Source of the DNA: Kofleriaceae bacterium
Lineage (GTDB): Bacteria > Myxococcota_A > Polyangia > Haliangiales > Haliangiaceae
Reading direction: 5' to 3'
Assembly (NCBI GenBank): GCA_965215005.1
Contig: CBDCCZ010000042.1
Span: forward strand, 128,001-192,000
DNA: 64,000 nt
The translations under genes were made by a program, and so were the position numbers. This document shows, piece by piece, positions 17,890-27,065 of this stretch; positions within the stretch are counted from its first letter, which is position 1, and each line of letters begins with the position of its first letter. The notes beneath the pieces are model-generated. The model had not been told where the DNA came from. It saw only the letters and a program-made list of their open reading frames with translations, and did no database searches.

Positions 17890-20088
17890 CTACGTGCGGC
17901 CGGAGTCATCGCCCGGCAGGCTAGATTTCTGGCCTGCCGGTTGGAACTGGTCAGCGCCGCCCGACGGGTCGGCCTGCCCCGGCGCTGCGGAGCTCGGAAA
18001 CACGCCCGCGCGGCCTGCACCGGGCGGCGCCTGCAAGCTCTGCGGGTCGCCCAATGGCGCGGGGCCAGGATTCTGGCTTGGCGCCCCCTGACCGGACGGC
18101 GTCGTATTGGGGTCGACCCAGGGGCCGCCCGGAGGCGCCGAGCTGCCGCGCGCCATGGCTCGACGAAGCGCATCGTAGGCTCTAGGTGCTGCCAGCAGCA
18201 GCACAGCAAAATAGCCCAACAAGAAGATCAGCACGCGGACCAGATTGAGAAATGCGCTCAAGCCGCCGTCGAAGTGGACGGTGGTCGCTAGCCAAAGCAG
18301 CACCGCCTGGACCGGCAACCACGCCAACAGCACCGCGGTGATCAGCGGCGCAAAGGCCTCGACCGAGCGCAGCGCCGGAACCGACTCCGGCTTGACGACG
18401 AAGACAGCGCAACCGACCGCTAGCAGCATCACCACCAGGTGGAGCAGGTGATGCACGATGAACAGCGCCGGGGGCTTGAAGCTAAACGCTGCGCCGAGGG
18501 CGTCGATGAATGGCGCAATCATCAACACCGCGCCAACGCCGATGATGAAGCGAGCGATCTGATCTTGGGGATCATCGAGGCGCGCGAGCAACCCGAACAG
18601 CAAGATGGCGTAGCCGATGCCGTAGACGGTGCCCCCGAAGCCAAACCCGCCGCTGGCGACTCCAATGAACGCCAGCACCAAGGGCAACCAACGCAGCACG
18701 GCGGGTGGGATGGACTGGCGGAGGTTGGCCGGCGCCTTGACGACGAACAGGTATCCAGCGCCGGTCAAGAGCGGCCATACGAGCAGCTGGAACTTGCTCG
18801 AGGACGACCATGCGAAGACGGTTGGATCGATATGCAGCGGCAGCAGCAGACTGACAAGCAGTGCAGCGCCGGCGATTAGCAACACCCGCTGCTCGAGCGC
18901 GTGATCGCGCAGCGCCGCCAAAGGCGCGCCAAACAGGGTGCCGGGCCGCGAGCGCGGGAGCCGGCTGGCGAGGTTTGCCAGCGGATCGTGAGCTGCCACC
19001 GACGGGTCATACGCCTGCCCCGGCTTGGGCTCCGGCCAAGCCCCCGGCGCCGACGTCGAAGCCGGACCCGCTGCCGGTGGAAGCTGCCCACCAGGCGGTG
19101 GCTGGTACGCAAACGGAACGCCGCCAGCGCCCGGCTGCCCATGCCCCGGCGGCTGGCCATATCCAGGCGGCTGCCCATGCCCCGGCGGCTGCGCATATCC
19201 CGGCGGCTGCGCATATCCCGGCGGCTGCCCATGCCCCGGCGGCTGCGCATATCCCGGCGGCTGCCCATGCCCCGGCGGCTGCCCATGCCCCGGCGGCTGC
19301 CCATGCCCCGGCGGCTGCCCATATCCCGGCGGCTGCCCATGCCCCGGCGGCTGCCCATATCCCGGCGGCTGCCCATATCCCGGCTGCGCCGGCCCCCCTT
19401 GCTCGTACCCCGTCGGCACGGGCCCCGGCGAACCCGCGCGACCGTATCCCGGCGCCTGAGGCGCACCGCCACCCGCTTGCTCATATCCCGTTGGCAGGTG
19501 CGGTGCGCGCCCATATCCCGGCGGGTGGCCCCCGCCCGGCGTCCCACCCGCCGACGGCGCGGCAGGAGCCGCGGTGCCAGCGTGGTCAGTAGTCGCTGCG
19601 GGCAGCGAGTAGCCGGAATCGCTTGGGCCGTAGGCCGGTGGGGCGCCAGCGGGTGCTCCACGACCGTCCGTCATCGCCCCGGATCCCTGCGGCTGACCGT
19701 AACTCGGCGCTGGCGACGCCGGCGGCGCGGCGACACCAGCGGCATGGCCAAACAGCGTGCCGGGCGCAGCGCTCGGCGCCGTCGGCACGCCTGGCGCCGG
19801 TGGCGCAGCGTCGGGCTGACCGGAGGCCGTAGGCGCCCAGCGTGCCGGTGGCGCCGACGGTTGCGGCGGCGGTGGGCCGCCAGTTCCTGCCCTGGGTGCC
19901 GGCGGACTCCCGGTTGGTTCCTGGCTCGGCGGCTTCGGCGCGACGTAGCCAAACAGCGTCTTGGCTGGCGCACTCTTGGCCTGCGGCACCGGGGCCGGCG
20001 GCAGCGCGCGGCCACAGGTGCCACAAACCGTGGCGGCCACTAAATTGGCCGCGCCGCAATACGCGCACGCCCTGGTCGGTGTTGCCAT
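17890..20088 (-). CDS. Membrane protein with N-terminal zinc ribbon, long Pro/Gly/Gln/Tyr/His low-complexity region and about 8 C-terminal TM helices
   Basis: CAYCG...CGTCG; AKTLFG motif; hexapeptide repeats; hydrophobic C-terminal half. Confidence 0.85.
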   Translation of the reverse strand: MATPTRACAYCGAANLVAATVCGTCGRALPPAPVPQAKSAPAKTLFGYVAPKPPSQEPTGSPPAPRAGTGGPPPPQPSAPPARWAPTASGQPDAAPPAPGVPTAPSAAPGTLFGHAAGVAAPPASPAPSYGQPQGSGAMTDGRGAPAGAPPAYGPSDSGYSLPAATTDHAGTAAPAAPSAGGTPGGGHPPGYGRAPHLPTGYEQAGGGAPQAPGYGRAGSPGPVPTGYEQGGPAQPGYGQPPGYGQPPGHGQPPGYGQPPGHGQPPGHGQPPGHGQPPGYAQPPGHGQPPGYAQPPGYAQPPGHGQPPGYGQPPGHGQPGAGGVPFAYQPPPGGQLPPAAGPASTSAPGAWPEPKPGQAYDPSVAAHDPLANLASRLPRSRPGTLFGAPLAALRDHALEQRVLLIAGAALLVSLLLPLHIDPTVFAWSSSSKFQLLVWPLLTGAGYLFVVKAPANLRQSIPPAVLRWLPLVLAFIGVASGGFGFGGTVYGIGYAILLFGLLARLDDPQDQIARFIIGVGAVLMIAPFIDALGAAFSFKPPALFIVHHLLHLVVMLLAVGCAVFVVKPESVPALRSVEAFAPLITAVLLAWLPVQAVLLWLATTVHFDGGLSAFLNLVRVLIFLLGYFAVLLLAAPRAYDALRRAMARGSSAPPGGPWVDPNTTPSGQGAPSQNPGPAPLGDPQSLQAPPGAGRAGVFPSSAAPGQADPSGGADQFQPAGQKSSLPGDDSGRT
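19132..19383 (-). repeat. Coding tandem repeat, 14 x 18 bp (PG[Y/H][G/A]QP)
   Basis: Plus-strand units CGGCTGC(C/G)CAT(G/A)(C/T)CCCGG, directly visible. Confidence 0.95.
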
Positions 20089-20213
20089 AGTTTGCTTCTC
20101 CCCCGCGCTAGACCACGCCAGCGTAACGTGCCGGCGGATCGAGGGTCAACGCCATGGCCGGCCGCGCGCAACCGTGACTGCCGCGCGCGGCTCCAGGAGT
20201 ATGATGGCAGACC

Positions 20214-21038
20214 ATGCTCCCTTGGCGTTGGCTTGGCCCTCTCGTCGTGGCGGCGACGACGCTGCCCGCGGTGGTATGGCAACACAATGGCGCTCGTGCC
20301 GCTCCAGTACAGCAGCGCGAGCAGCAGCCAACCGCGACGCGATCCCCCAGCGCGGCTGGTGTCCATTGGCGTCTGGAAACCGAGCACGGCCCGGTGCACG
20401 TCTGGCATCCGCTGAACTGGCGCGTAGAGACCGCCGGCACGGTCATCTACGTGCATGGCTACTACACCAACGTCGATCGCGCCTGGCGCACCCATCGGCT
20501 CGCCGAGCAGTTTGCCGCCAGCGGGATCAACGCCCTCTTCATCGCCCCTGCGGCCCCCTCCGGCAACCGCCAGCAGCCGAGCTGGCCGCAGCTAGGCGAG
20601 CTCTTGACGCGGGTTGCACAAGCGATCGAGCTGCCGCGCCCGTGGGGGCCGCTGGCGGTCCTCGGCCACAGCGGCGGCTATCGCTCAATCATTCCCTGGC
20701 TCGGCTATCGCGACCTCGGCTTCATCGGTCTCATCGACGCGCTGTATGGCGAAGAAGAGGCATTTGCCCATTGGCTCGGCGATCCGGCGCAAGCTGGGGG
20801 CAATCGGCTGGTCAACGTCGCCATCGATACGCTGCGCTGGAGCGAGCCGCTGGTGCGCCGCTACGCCGAGGCGCTCACCTTCGACCTCATCCCCGAAACC
20901 TTCACCGACCTCGATCCCGCCGCGCGTTCGGCTCGACTCCTCTACTTGAGGTCGCAGGTTGGCCACATGGAGCTCGTCACCGACGGCCAGGTGATCCCAC
21001 TCTTGCTGCAGCTCTCCGGCATCGAGGAGCTGCCGTGA
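20214..21038 (+). CDS. Exported alpha/beta-hydrolase-fold protein
   Basis: Signal-like N-terminus; VIYVHGY, nucleophile elbow GHSGG, LIDALYG, C-terminal His (GHMEL). Confidence 0.75.
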   Translation: MLPWRWLGPLVVAATTLPAVVWQHNGARAAPVQQREQQPTATRSPSAAGVHWRLETEHGPVHVWHPLNWRVETAGTVIYVHGYYTNVDRAWRTHRLAEQFAASGINALFIAPAAPSGNRQQPSWPQLGELLTRVAQAIELPRPWGPLAVLGHSGGYRSIIPWLGYRDLGFIGLIDALYGEEEAFAHWLGDPAQAGGNRLVNVAIDTLRWSEPLVRRYAEALTFDLIPETFTDLDPAARSARLLYLRSQVGHMELVTDGQVIPLLLQLSGIEELP

Positions 21039-21042
21039 GCCG

Positions 21043-22536
21043 ATGCGGCGCATGATGCCGGCGCGCGCGCGGGTCCTTCACGTTGGACTCGTGTTGATGT
21101 CGATTGCGATCGCCGCGGGGTCGTATGCCGCGCGCAAAGCCTACATTCAGACGTTCTTTGGGCTCGGTAGCGGAGAAGTCGCAGCGCCGAATCTACCGGC
21201 ACTGCCGGCCGCGCCGGTGCCCCGCGCCGATCGTCTGCGGGTGGTCCTGCTCGATGGCGTCGACGCCACTACCGCGCGCTCGTTACCCGCCTACGACGCA
21301 GTGTGCGCCGGTGGCCTCGAGCTGCTCGTCGACGTCGGCTTTCCCACCGTCTCGCTTCCCGTGCAGCACGTCCTTTGGACCGGCCTGACCCAGCAGCAGA
21401 CCGGCGTCGAATTCATCGGCAAGCCGGGCTTGCCAGCACCGCGCGCCACCACCCTGCCCTCGCTCATCCCGAGCAGCATCGCCGTCGCCGATGACGCCGC
21501 GTATGTAACTGGCTCGCTCGGATTTGCCACTGCTCTGCCTAGTAACGGCCAACCTTGGACCAGCCGCGCAGCGTTCGAGGAAGCCGCTACCGCCGCGTTC
21601 GTCGGCGATTCGCAGCTCGCGCTGGTGCACCTTCTGGCAGCCGATGTCGCAGGTCATCGCCACGGGCGCGATTCGGCGCAATTTCGCGCTGCAGCGCGCT
21701 CCTCAGATGCCTTCTCCAGCGACTTGATCGCAGCGCTGAAGCTCGCCCATCCCGACGGCACGCTCCTGCTCGTGCTCGCCGACCACGGCCACCTCGCCGG
21801 TGGCGGTCATGGCGGCGGAGAGTCGGCGATTCGCCAGGTGCGCGCCTGCTTCGTTGGCGCCACCGGTGCGCCCAGCGCTGGCTCACCGCTGTCGGTGCAC
21901 CTAATCGACGTCGCCCGCACCCTGTTCGAAGCGCTTGGCAAGAGTCCCGATGCTCGCTGCGTTGGCCGGGTACTGGCGGCAGCGGCGGCCGCGCCCGAGG
22001 CAACGCTGCCGCGGCCGCCCTTGGATCGTTGGCTGCTTGCGGCGATCCTCGTGTCGATCGCGCTGCTGGCAACCGCCATCAGCAGTCCAGCGCCGCGCTA
22101 CTGGCCCTGGTGGTACGTTCTCGCGTGGGCCGCCGTGCTGATCATCGAAGGCTGCCCGACGCTGTCGATGCCCATGGTGTATGCGCCGCGCGGCCGAGCG
22201 ATCTACCTGGCGGGCTCGCCCGGCCTGCTCGTCTTGGCGCTGCAGCTCGGCTGGGTGCGGATGCGCGCTGCCTCGCTGCCGCGCGCCATCGCTGGATTTC
22301 TGGCCTTGCCGCTCGGCTGCATGGCCGCCGCTCTGGTGCTGGCTGGCGGTGCGCCGCTGCTGCTCGGAGTCGTGACCGAGCCGCCGCTCATGCCAACATG
22401 GTCCGCGGTGGCAAGCGTTGCCCTCACACTCACGGCTACCGGCGCGCTGGTTTGCGCGCTTGCTGCTCTCGCCAGCGCCGTCCTTCGCGGGTCCGATCGA
22501 GGTGCACCGCGGGAAACGCCGCGTACGCCTGTTTGA
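21043..22536 (+). CDS. Membrane-anchored alkaline-phosphatase-superfamily protein (phosphoethanolamine-transferase-like)
   Basis: N-terminal TM; VLLDG, FPTVSLP, DVAGH, LADHGHLAGGGHGG; several C-terminal TMs. Confidence 0.8.
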   Translation: MRRMMPARARVLHVGLVLMSIAIAAGSYAARKAYIQTFFGLGSGEVAAPNLPALPAAPVPRADRLRVVLLDGVDATTARSLPAYDAVCAGGLELLVDVGFPTVSLPVQHVLWTGLTQQQTGVEFIGKPGLPAPRATTLPSLIPSSIAVADDAAYVTGSLGFATALPSNGQPWTSRAAFEEAATAAFVGDSQLALVHLLAADVAGHRHGRDSAQFRAAARSSDAFSSDLIAALKLAHPDGTLLLVLADHGHLAGGGHGGGESAIRQVRACFVGATGAPSAGSPLSVHLIDVARTLFEALGKSPDARCVGRVLAAAAAAPEATLPRPPLDRWLLAAILVSIALLATAISSPAPRYWPWWYVLAWAAVLIIEGCPTLSMPMVYAPRGRAIYLAGSPGLLVLALQLGWVRMRAASLPRAIAGFLALPLGCMAAALVLAGGAPLLLGVVTEPPLMPTWSAVASVALTLTATGALVCALAALASAVLRGSDRGAPRETPRTPV

Positions 22537-24730
22537 GCCGGCTCACCACCGCCGGCAGCGCTGCCGCTAAGTTCTGCTGCTCGTCCCAATCCGAGGACAG
22601 ATCGTAGAGCTCGACCAGGTTGTCGCGCGGGCGCACTAGCAGCTTGTACGGCCATTCGAGCACCGCCCACTGTTCACTCTCGTTCTGCACCAGCGGTCCT
22701 CGCACCTCGTCGACGAGCTCTGTGGGCGCTCCGGGCACGAAATGCGGCACCAGCGAGATGCCGTCCACCTCCGCCAGCGGTGGCGCCCCCACCAGCGCCA
22801 GCAGCGTCGGCGCTAAATCATAGAGTGAGACCGGCTCGCGCGCGTGGTGCGGAGCGACTCCCGGCACCCGCACCGCCAGCGGCACGTGGGTGAGGCCATT
22901 GTAGACGTAGAGGCCGTGGTTGCGCGGCAGTCGCGGATCATCGCCCAAGCTCTCGCCGTGATCGCTCATGAGCACGACGATGGTCTCCTCAGCCGTGCCG
23001 CGGCGCTCGAGCTCGCCGAGCAGCCGGCCGATCTCCTTATCGACGACGCGGCAGAGCGCGCGGTAACGCTGCTCCACCGCGCTCTGCCCGGGCGACTCGA
23101 CCTCCGCGAGCAGCGCCGGTGCGATCGGCAGCTGCAAGTGCTCGTGGACGTCGAAATAATGGAGCCACGCGAAGAACGGCTTGTCTGCGCTACGCGTCAA
23201 GAAGCGCAGTCCGCGCGAGGTGGTCTCGGCCGCGGTCACGTGGTCGGCCACGTCTTTCTGAACCCGGTCGGCGACCACGGTCTGCTGCTCGGTGAGGCCG
23301 CGGGTGAGAAGAGTCTTTGGCACGTATCGCAGCACCTCCCGCGGCAACGCCGCGAAGGTCGTGCGACCGCTTTCGGCCATGGACTCGATGAGAGTCGACT
23401 CGATCGGTCCAAACGGGCTCACCCGTCCAGTTACGAAGCTCGAAAGCGCTATGTCGGTGCCCGCGGCGGGAGAGAACGCATGGTCGAACGCAACCGCCTC
23501 ATCCATAAACCCCATGAGATGCGGGAAATCGCGGCGATTTTGCGCCGTGTCGGTGAGCATATCGGCGCGCAGGGCATCGATGGACAGCACCAGCACGCTC
23601 TGCTGCGCGCCTCGCTCGAGCAGCGCGCGGGCCGGCGCGGAGGCCAGAAATTCAGCCAGCTGCTCGGCGCGCGGGCGGACTGGCTGTTGCCGCTGGGACG
23701 CCATGGCGGCATCGAATCCGTCACAGTCCTCGTCGCGGCCGTTGCCCGCAACCTCGATGGCTGCCGGATTGGTTGCTGGATCGCCGTCGTCACAGTCGCC
23801 GCCGCCCAGGATTGGCGAAAAGCCATCGCCATCGCGATCCATCGCGTCGCGGATGATGCGACTCAGGTGCCGCAGGTGGGTGCCTTCGGTCGAGACGGTC
23901 CAGCGATCGCTCGGTGACTGCAAGCCCGTCAGCAGAGCCACCAGCGTTGCGACGGCCACCGCGCCCGCCAACACCAGGCGGGGCACCTGCTCGAGCCAAG
24001 GCCAGATTGTCAGCGGCAATGCCGCGAGGACGAGCCCGGCGACAGCGGCCGAAAGCACCACCAGCAGCGCGTGCAGCTGCGGATACAAGCTCGGAAAGAA
24101 CGTGCGATTGGCGAGCTCGATGAGCACGACGGTCAGCGCCAGCGCGGCGGTCAATAACCAGCGACCGCGGCGTCCGCTGGCCAAACGCTCAGCGACCAAG
24201 ATGGCGACGGTGGAAAGGGCATACACCAGCGCCGGCACCCACACGTGGCCCCAGCTTGCTCCGGGAAGGGTGCTTGCGAGCGAGCCTTGAAAGAGCGTGA
24301 TCCCCAGCGGGATTGCCCACAGGATGCTAGGGGCGGCGAGAACCGCCGCGGAGCGCACCCCGCGCAGCTGCGCGCGATCGACCAGCCAGTGGCTGAGCGC
24401 GATGGCGGCGCCAATCAGAAGACCCAGGCCGGCGAGCAGCGCAACGGCGGTGGCGCGCAGCGAAACGCTGCCGCTGAGCGCCACGGCTTCCACGATTCCA
24501 ATGAAAGTCGCGCCGACGATGGCGGTGACGATGGGATCGCGCCCGGCGTCTGGCCGCGTCCCCCGCTGAAATGGTGCGCTGGGAATATCCCAAGCTACGG
24601 CGAGTCGCGCAGTGGCGGTAGCGAATTCGTCACCATCCCGTCGCCGAAGACCGGCGACCGCGCGTTCGAGCTGTGACCTACCCAATGACTTCGCTGCAGC
24701 CCCTGCCGCAGAACCGGGCGTGCAGCGCAC
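22436..24730 (-). CDS. Multi-TM sulfatase/LTA-synthase-like protein with an Asp/Cys metal-binding insert
   Basis: About 7 TMs, then DRDGDGFSPILGGGDCDDGDPATNPAAIEVAGNGRDEDCDG, SIDALRAD, WLHYFDVH, SDHGE, VSLYDLAPT, ELYDL; start uncertain. Confidence 0.85.
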   Translation of the reverse strand: MRCTPGSAAGAAAKSLGRSQLERAVAGLRRRDGDEFATATARLAVAWDIPSAPFQRGTRPDAGRDPIVTAIVGATFIGIVEAVALSGSVSLRATAVALLAGLGLLIGAAIALSHWLVDRAQLRGVRSAAVLAAPSILWAIPLGITLFQGSLASTLPGASWGHVWVPALVYALSTVAILVAERLASGRRGRWLLTAALALTVVLIELANRTFFPSLYPQLHALLVVLSAAVAGLVLAALPLTIWPWLEQVPRLVLAGAVAVATLVALLTGLQSPSDRWTVSTEGTHLRHLSRIIRDAMDRDGDGFSPILGGGDCDDGDPATNPAAIEVAGNGRDEDCDGFDAAMASQRQQPVRPRAEQLAEFLASAPARALLERGAQQSVLVLSIDALRADMLTDTAQNRRDFPHLMGFMDEAVAFDHAFSPAAGTDIALSSFVTGRVSPFGPIESTLIESMAESGRTTFAALPREVLRYVPKTLLTRGLTEQQTVVADRVQKDVADHVTAAETTSRGLRFLTRSADKPFFAWLHYFDVHEHLQLPIAPALLAEVESPGQSAVEQRYRALCRVVDKEIGRLLGELERRGTAEETIVVLMSDHGESLGDDPRLPRNHGLYVYNGLTHVPLAVRVPGVAPHHAREPVSLYDLAPTLLALVGAPPLAEVDGISLVPHFVPGAPTELVDEVRGPLVQNESEQWAVLEWPYKLLVRPRDNLVELYDLSSDWDEQQNLAAALPAVVSRLKQAYAAFPAVHLDRTREGRRWREQQARKPARR

Positions 24731-24798
24731 GGAAGCTAGACGTGCGCTCCGCTGCCATTGTCCCTCACGCGCCGGGCGCTTGAGGTACCATGCCCAGC

Positions 24799-25608
24799 AT
24801 GCGCAGGACCTGTCTCGTGCTCTTAGCTCTCGGTGCCGCGGCCCCCTCTATCGCGGTCGCCGATGACAGCCCTCCGTTGATCATGCCGGAGGTCGACAAC
24901 GACCATCGCGTCGGGCTCTCGTTTGAAATCGGCAGCCTCGATCGAGGTGCTGACGACGTGCTCATGCTCGGTTTCGTCGGCGAAGGCCACTTTCGGCTCG
25001 CGCCCCGCTGGGGCATCGACCTGGCCCTGCCGATGGTTCACACCAGCAGCGATCTACCGAGCGGCACGGGCCTTGGCAATCTCTTGCTCGGAGTTGGTTA
25101 TCTGCTGTCGCGAGAGGGCGGCGGCAGCGCGCTGCGCACCAGCCAATTTCGTGCCGCTGTCTCGCTGCCCACCGCCAGTGACGATGGCAACGGCTTAGCG
25201 GCGGCGGTCGCCGGCTCGCTGTTCAACCTCGAAGACCCGGGGCTGTGGGCGCCCGATACCACGACCCTGCGGTTCATGGGCGACTATCGCTACCAAACCA
25301 GTCCCATCTTTCTCCAGCTCGAGGCCGGTGTGCATCTTCTGCTCCGCGACGGCGATGACGACACATTGCTACGCGTGGGTCTTGGATTCGGCGTCGAGGT
25401 CAGTCGCTCGCTGTCGCTGTTGGCCGAGCTGCAGACCGTCACGCCGATCGTCACCGATGATGGCGAAGATCTGTTCTTGCACGAGCTCGATCTCGGTATG
25501 CACCTGCCGCTCGGTCGCGCCGGCGCGCTCACCCCGCGGGTGTTCTTCGCCCTCGACGATGCGCGCGACTACTGGGGGGTGGGATTGGACTACACCGCCT
25601 ACTTGTGA
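24799..25608 (+). CDS. Putative outer-membrane beta-barrel protein
   Basis: Signal peptide ending AVA; alternating amphipathic strands; GLGN..LG and SLPTAS motifs; C-terminal GLDYTAYL; alternative start 24790. Confidence 0.7.
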   Translation: MRRTCLVLLALGAAAPSIAVADDSPPLIMPEVDNDHRVGLSFEIGSLDRGADDVLMLGFVGEGHFRLAPRWGIDLALPMVHTSSDLPSGTGLGNLLLGVGYLLSREGGGSALRTSQFRAAVSLPTASDDGNGLAAAVAGSLFNLEDPGLWAPDTTTLRFMGDYRYQTSPIFLQLEAGVHLLLRDGDDDTLLRVGLGFGVEVSRSLSLLAELQTVTPIVTDDGEDLFLHELDLGMHLPLGRAGALTPRVFFALDDARDYWGVGLDYTAYL

Positions 25609-25625
25609 TCGATACCGCAATGGCC

Positions 25626-27065
25626 TCAGTCGCTGTCCTCGTCTTCAAATCCCCAGCCGGCGTCCGACATATCGGCAGTACGGGGTCCTGGGGTCCCGGC
25701 CTTCTTTGGCGCCATGGCTTCTTGCCGCGGCGCAACCAGCTCCTCTTCGGCGCCCTCGTGCAATGAGTCGGCTCGAGTAACGCGTTTGCCGGCCTCGCCA
25801 GAGCGGACCAGGGCGACGCGAAACAGCGCCGGTGCGACAATCTCGTTGATGGCGACGATCCCGAGGATCAATGCCGCGGCGGTCTCGCCGAGGATGGGGA
25901 ACGTGCGCGCCACCAGCATCGCCAGCGCTAGGGCCAGGCCGGCTTGTGGAAGCAGCCCAAACCCCGCCCACGTTCGCACCGGGCGCGAGGCACCGGCAAT
26001 CACGCAAGCGAGCTGTGTGCCGGCCAGAAATCCAGCCGCCCGCACGGCGATCAGCGCCAACGCCGGCACCCACACCAGCGGCAACACATCGAGATGAATC
26101 GCCGCGCCGGCGACCGCAAAGAACAGCACGTAGACCGGCATCGATGAGGCCTCGAGGTCGCGTAACAAGCGGTGCCCAGCGGAGGTCGCGTTGTTGACGA
26201 GCATGCCGGCAGCCAACGCGATGAGCAGCGGATCCAGATGCACCCGCGTGCCGATCTCGGCGATGATCACCGCGACGGCCAGTAGGAACAGCGATGCGCC
26301 GCCCTTCACCAAGCGCAGATACAGCGCCAAGATAGCGCCGACCACGACGCCGGCGCCGAGGGAGCCGAACAGCTCCCAGGCAACCTTGGCCGCGGTCGCG
26401 CCCACGCTCGTGGCGGTTCCGAGCACCGCTTGCGCCACCGAGGTCGCCAGCGCAAACAACACGATGACGAGCAGGTCGGCGATTACCACCACGCCCAGCA
26501 CGGTTTGCGATACCGGCCCCTCCGCGGCGGTCTCGTCGCGCAGCGCCACCACCACCGCCGGCGACTGCGCCACGATAGTCACCGCCAGGAGCCCCGCAAC
26601 CGCGAGCGACGGCACCAGCGGCAGCTCCGCGAAAAACGGCAAGTAACCGCGCAACGCAAACACCGCGGCCGCCAGCAACGCACCGGTGCCGAGCACGGCG
26701 ATGACGCTGATCCACAAAATCACGCGCAACAGCGGACGAATGGCGCCAAATGCCATCTCACCGCCCGCGGTGAGCGCGATGAGCGCGACGGCCACGCCGT
26801 TGACGAGGGTGAGGTCGGCCACCATCTTGCTCGTCACCAAGCCGAGCACCGACGGTCCAAACACGATCCCGGCGGCGATGTAGCCGGTGAGCTTTGGCAG
26901 CCGGATTCCGGCAAACAGCTTGCCGCTGAAGTACGCCGCCAGCAGCATGAATCCCGCTGCCAGCGAGGCTTGGCCGAGCGGCTCCACCGGGCTGCTCGCC
27001 GGTGCAAACGTGCCCGCGGCGGCCATGATGCCAGCGAGCGCGAGCAAGATGAGAAGGTTGAGCAT
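25626..27065 (-). CDS. Cation:proton antiporter (CPA) family protein B
   Basis: LPKLTGYIAAGIVFGP, AQSPAVVVA, GVVVIAD, FFAVAGA, GLLPQAGLAL; ATG 27065 overlaps the upstream TGA. Confidence 0.9.
   Translation of the reverse strand: MLNLLILLALAGIMAAAGTFAPASSPVEPLGQASLAAGFMLLAAYFSGKLFAGIRLPKLTGYIAAGIVFGPSVLGLVTSKMVADLTLVNGVAVALIALTAGGEMAFGAIRPLLRVILWISVIAVLGTGALLAAAVFALRGYLPFFAELPLVPSLAVAGLLAVTIVAQSPAVVVALRDETAAEGPVSQTVLGVVVIADLLVIVLFALATSVAQAVLGTATSVGATAAKVAWELFGSLGAGVVVGAILALYLRLVKGGASLFLLAVAVIIAEIGTRVHLDPLLIALAAGMLVNNATSAGHRLLRDLEASSMPVYVLFFAVAGAAIHLDVLPLVWVPALALIAVRAAGFLAGTQLACVIAGASRPVRTWAGFGLLPQAGLALALAMLVARTFPILGETAAALILGIVAINEIVAPALFRVALVRSGEAGKRVTRADSLHEGAEEELVAPRQEAMAPKKAGTPGPRTADMSDAGWGFEDEDSD

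Noticed and set aside
19132..19383. Possible CRISPR array
   Set aside because: Contiguous in-frame 18-bp units with no unique spacers and no cas genes; a coding tandem repeat
19025..19459. Cys-rich ORF (GGCPCPGG repeats) resembling a metallothionein
   Set aside because: It is the antisense reading of the PGHGQP repeat inside the well-supported minus-strand gene
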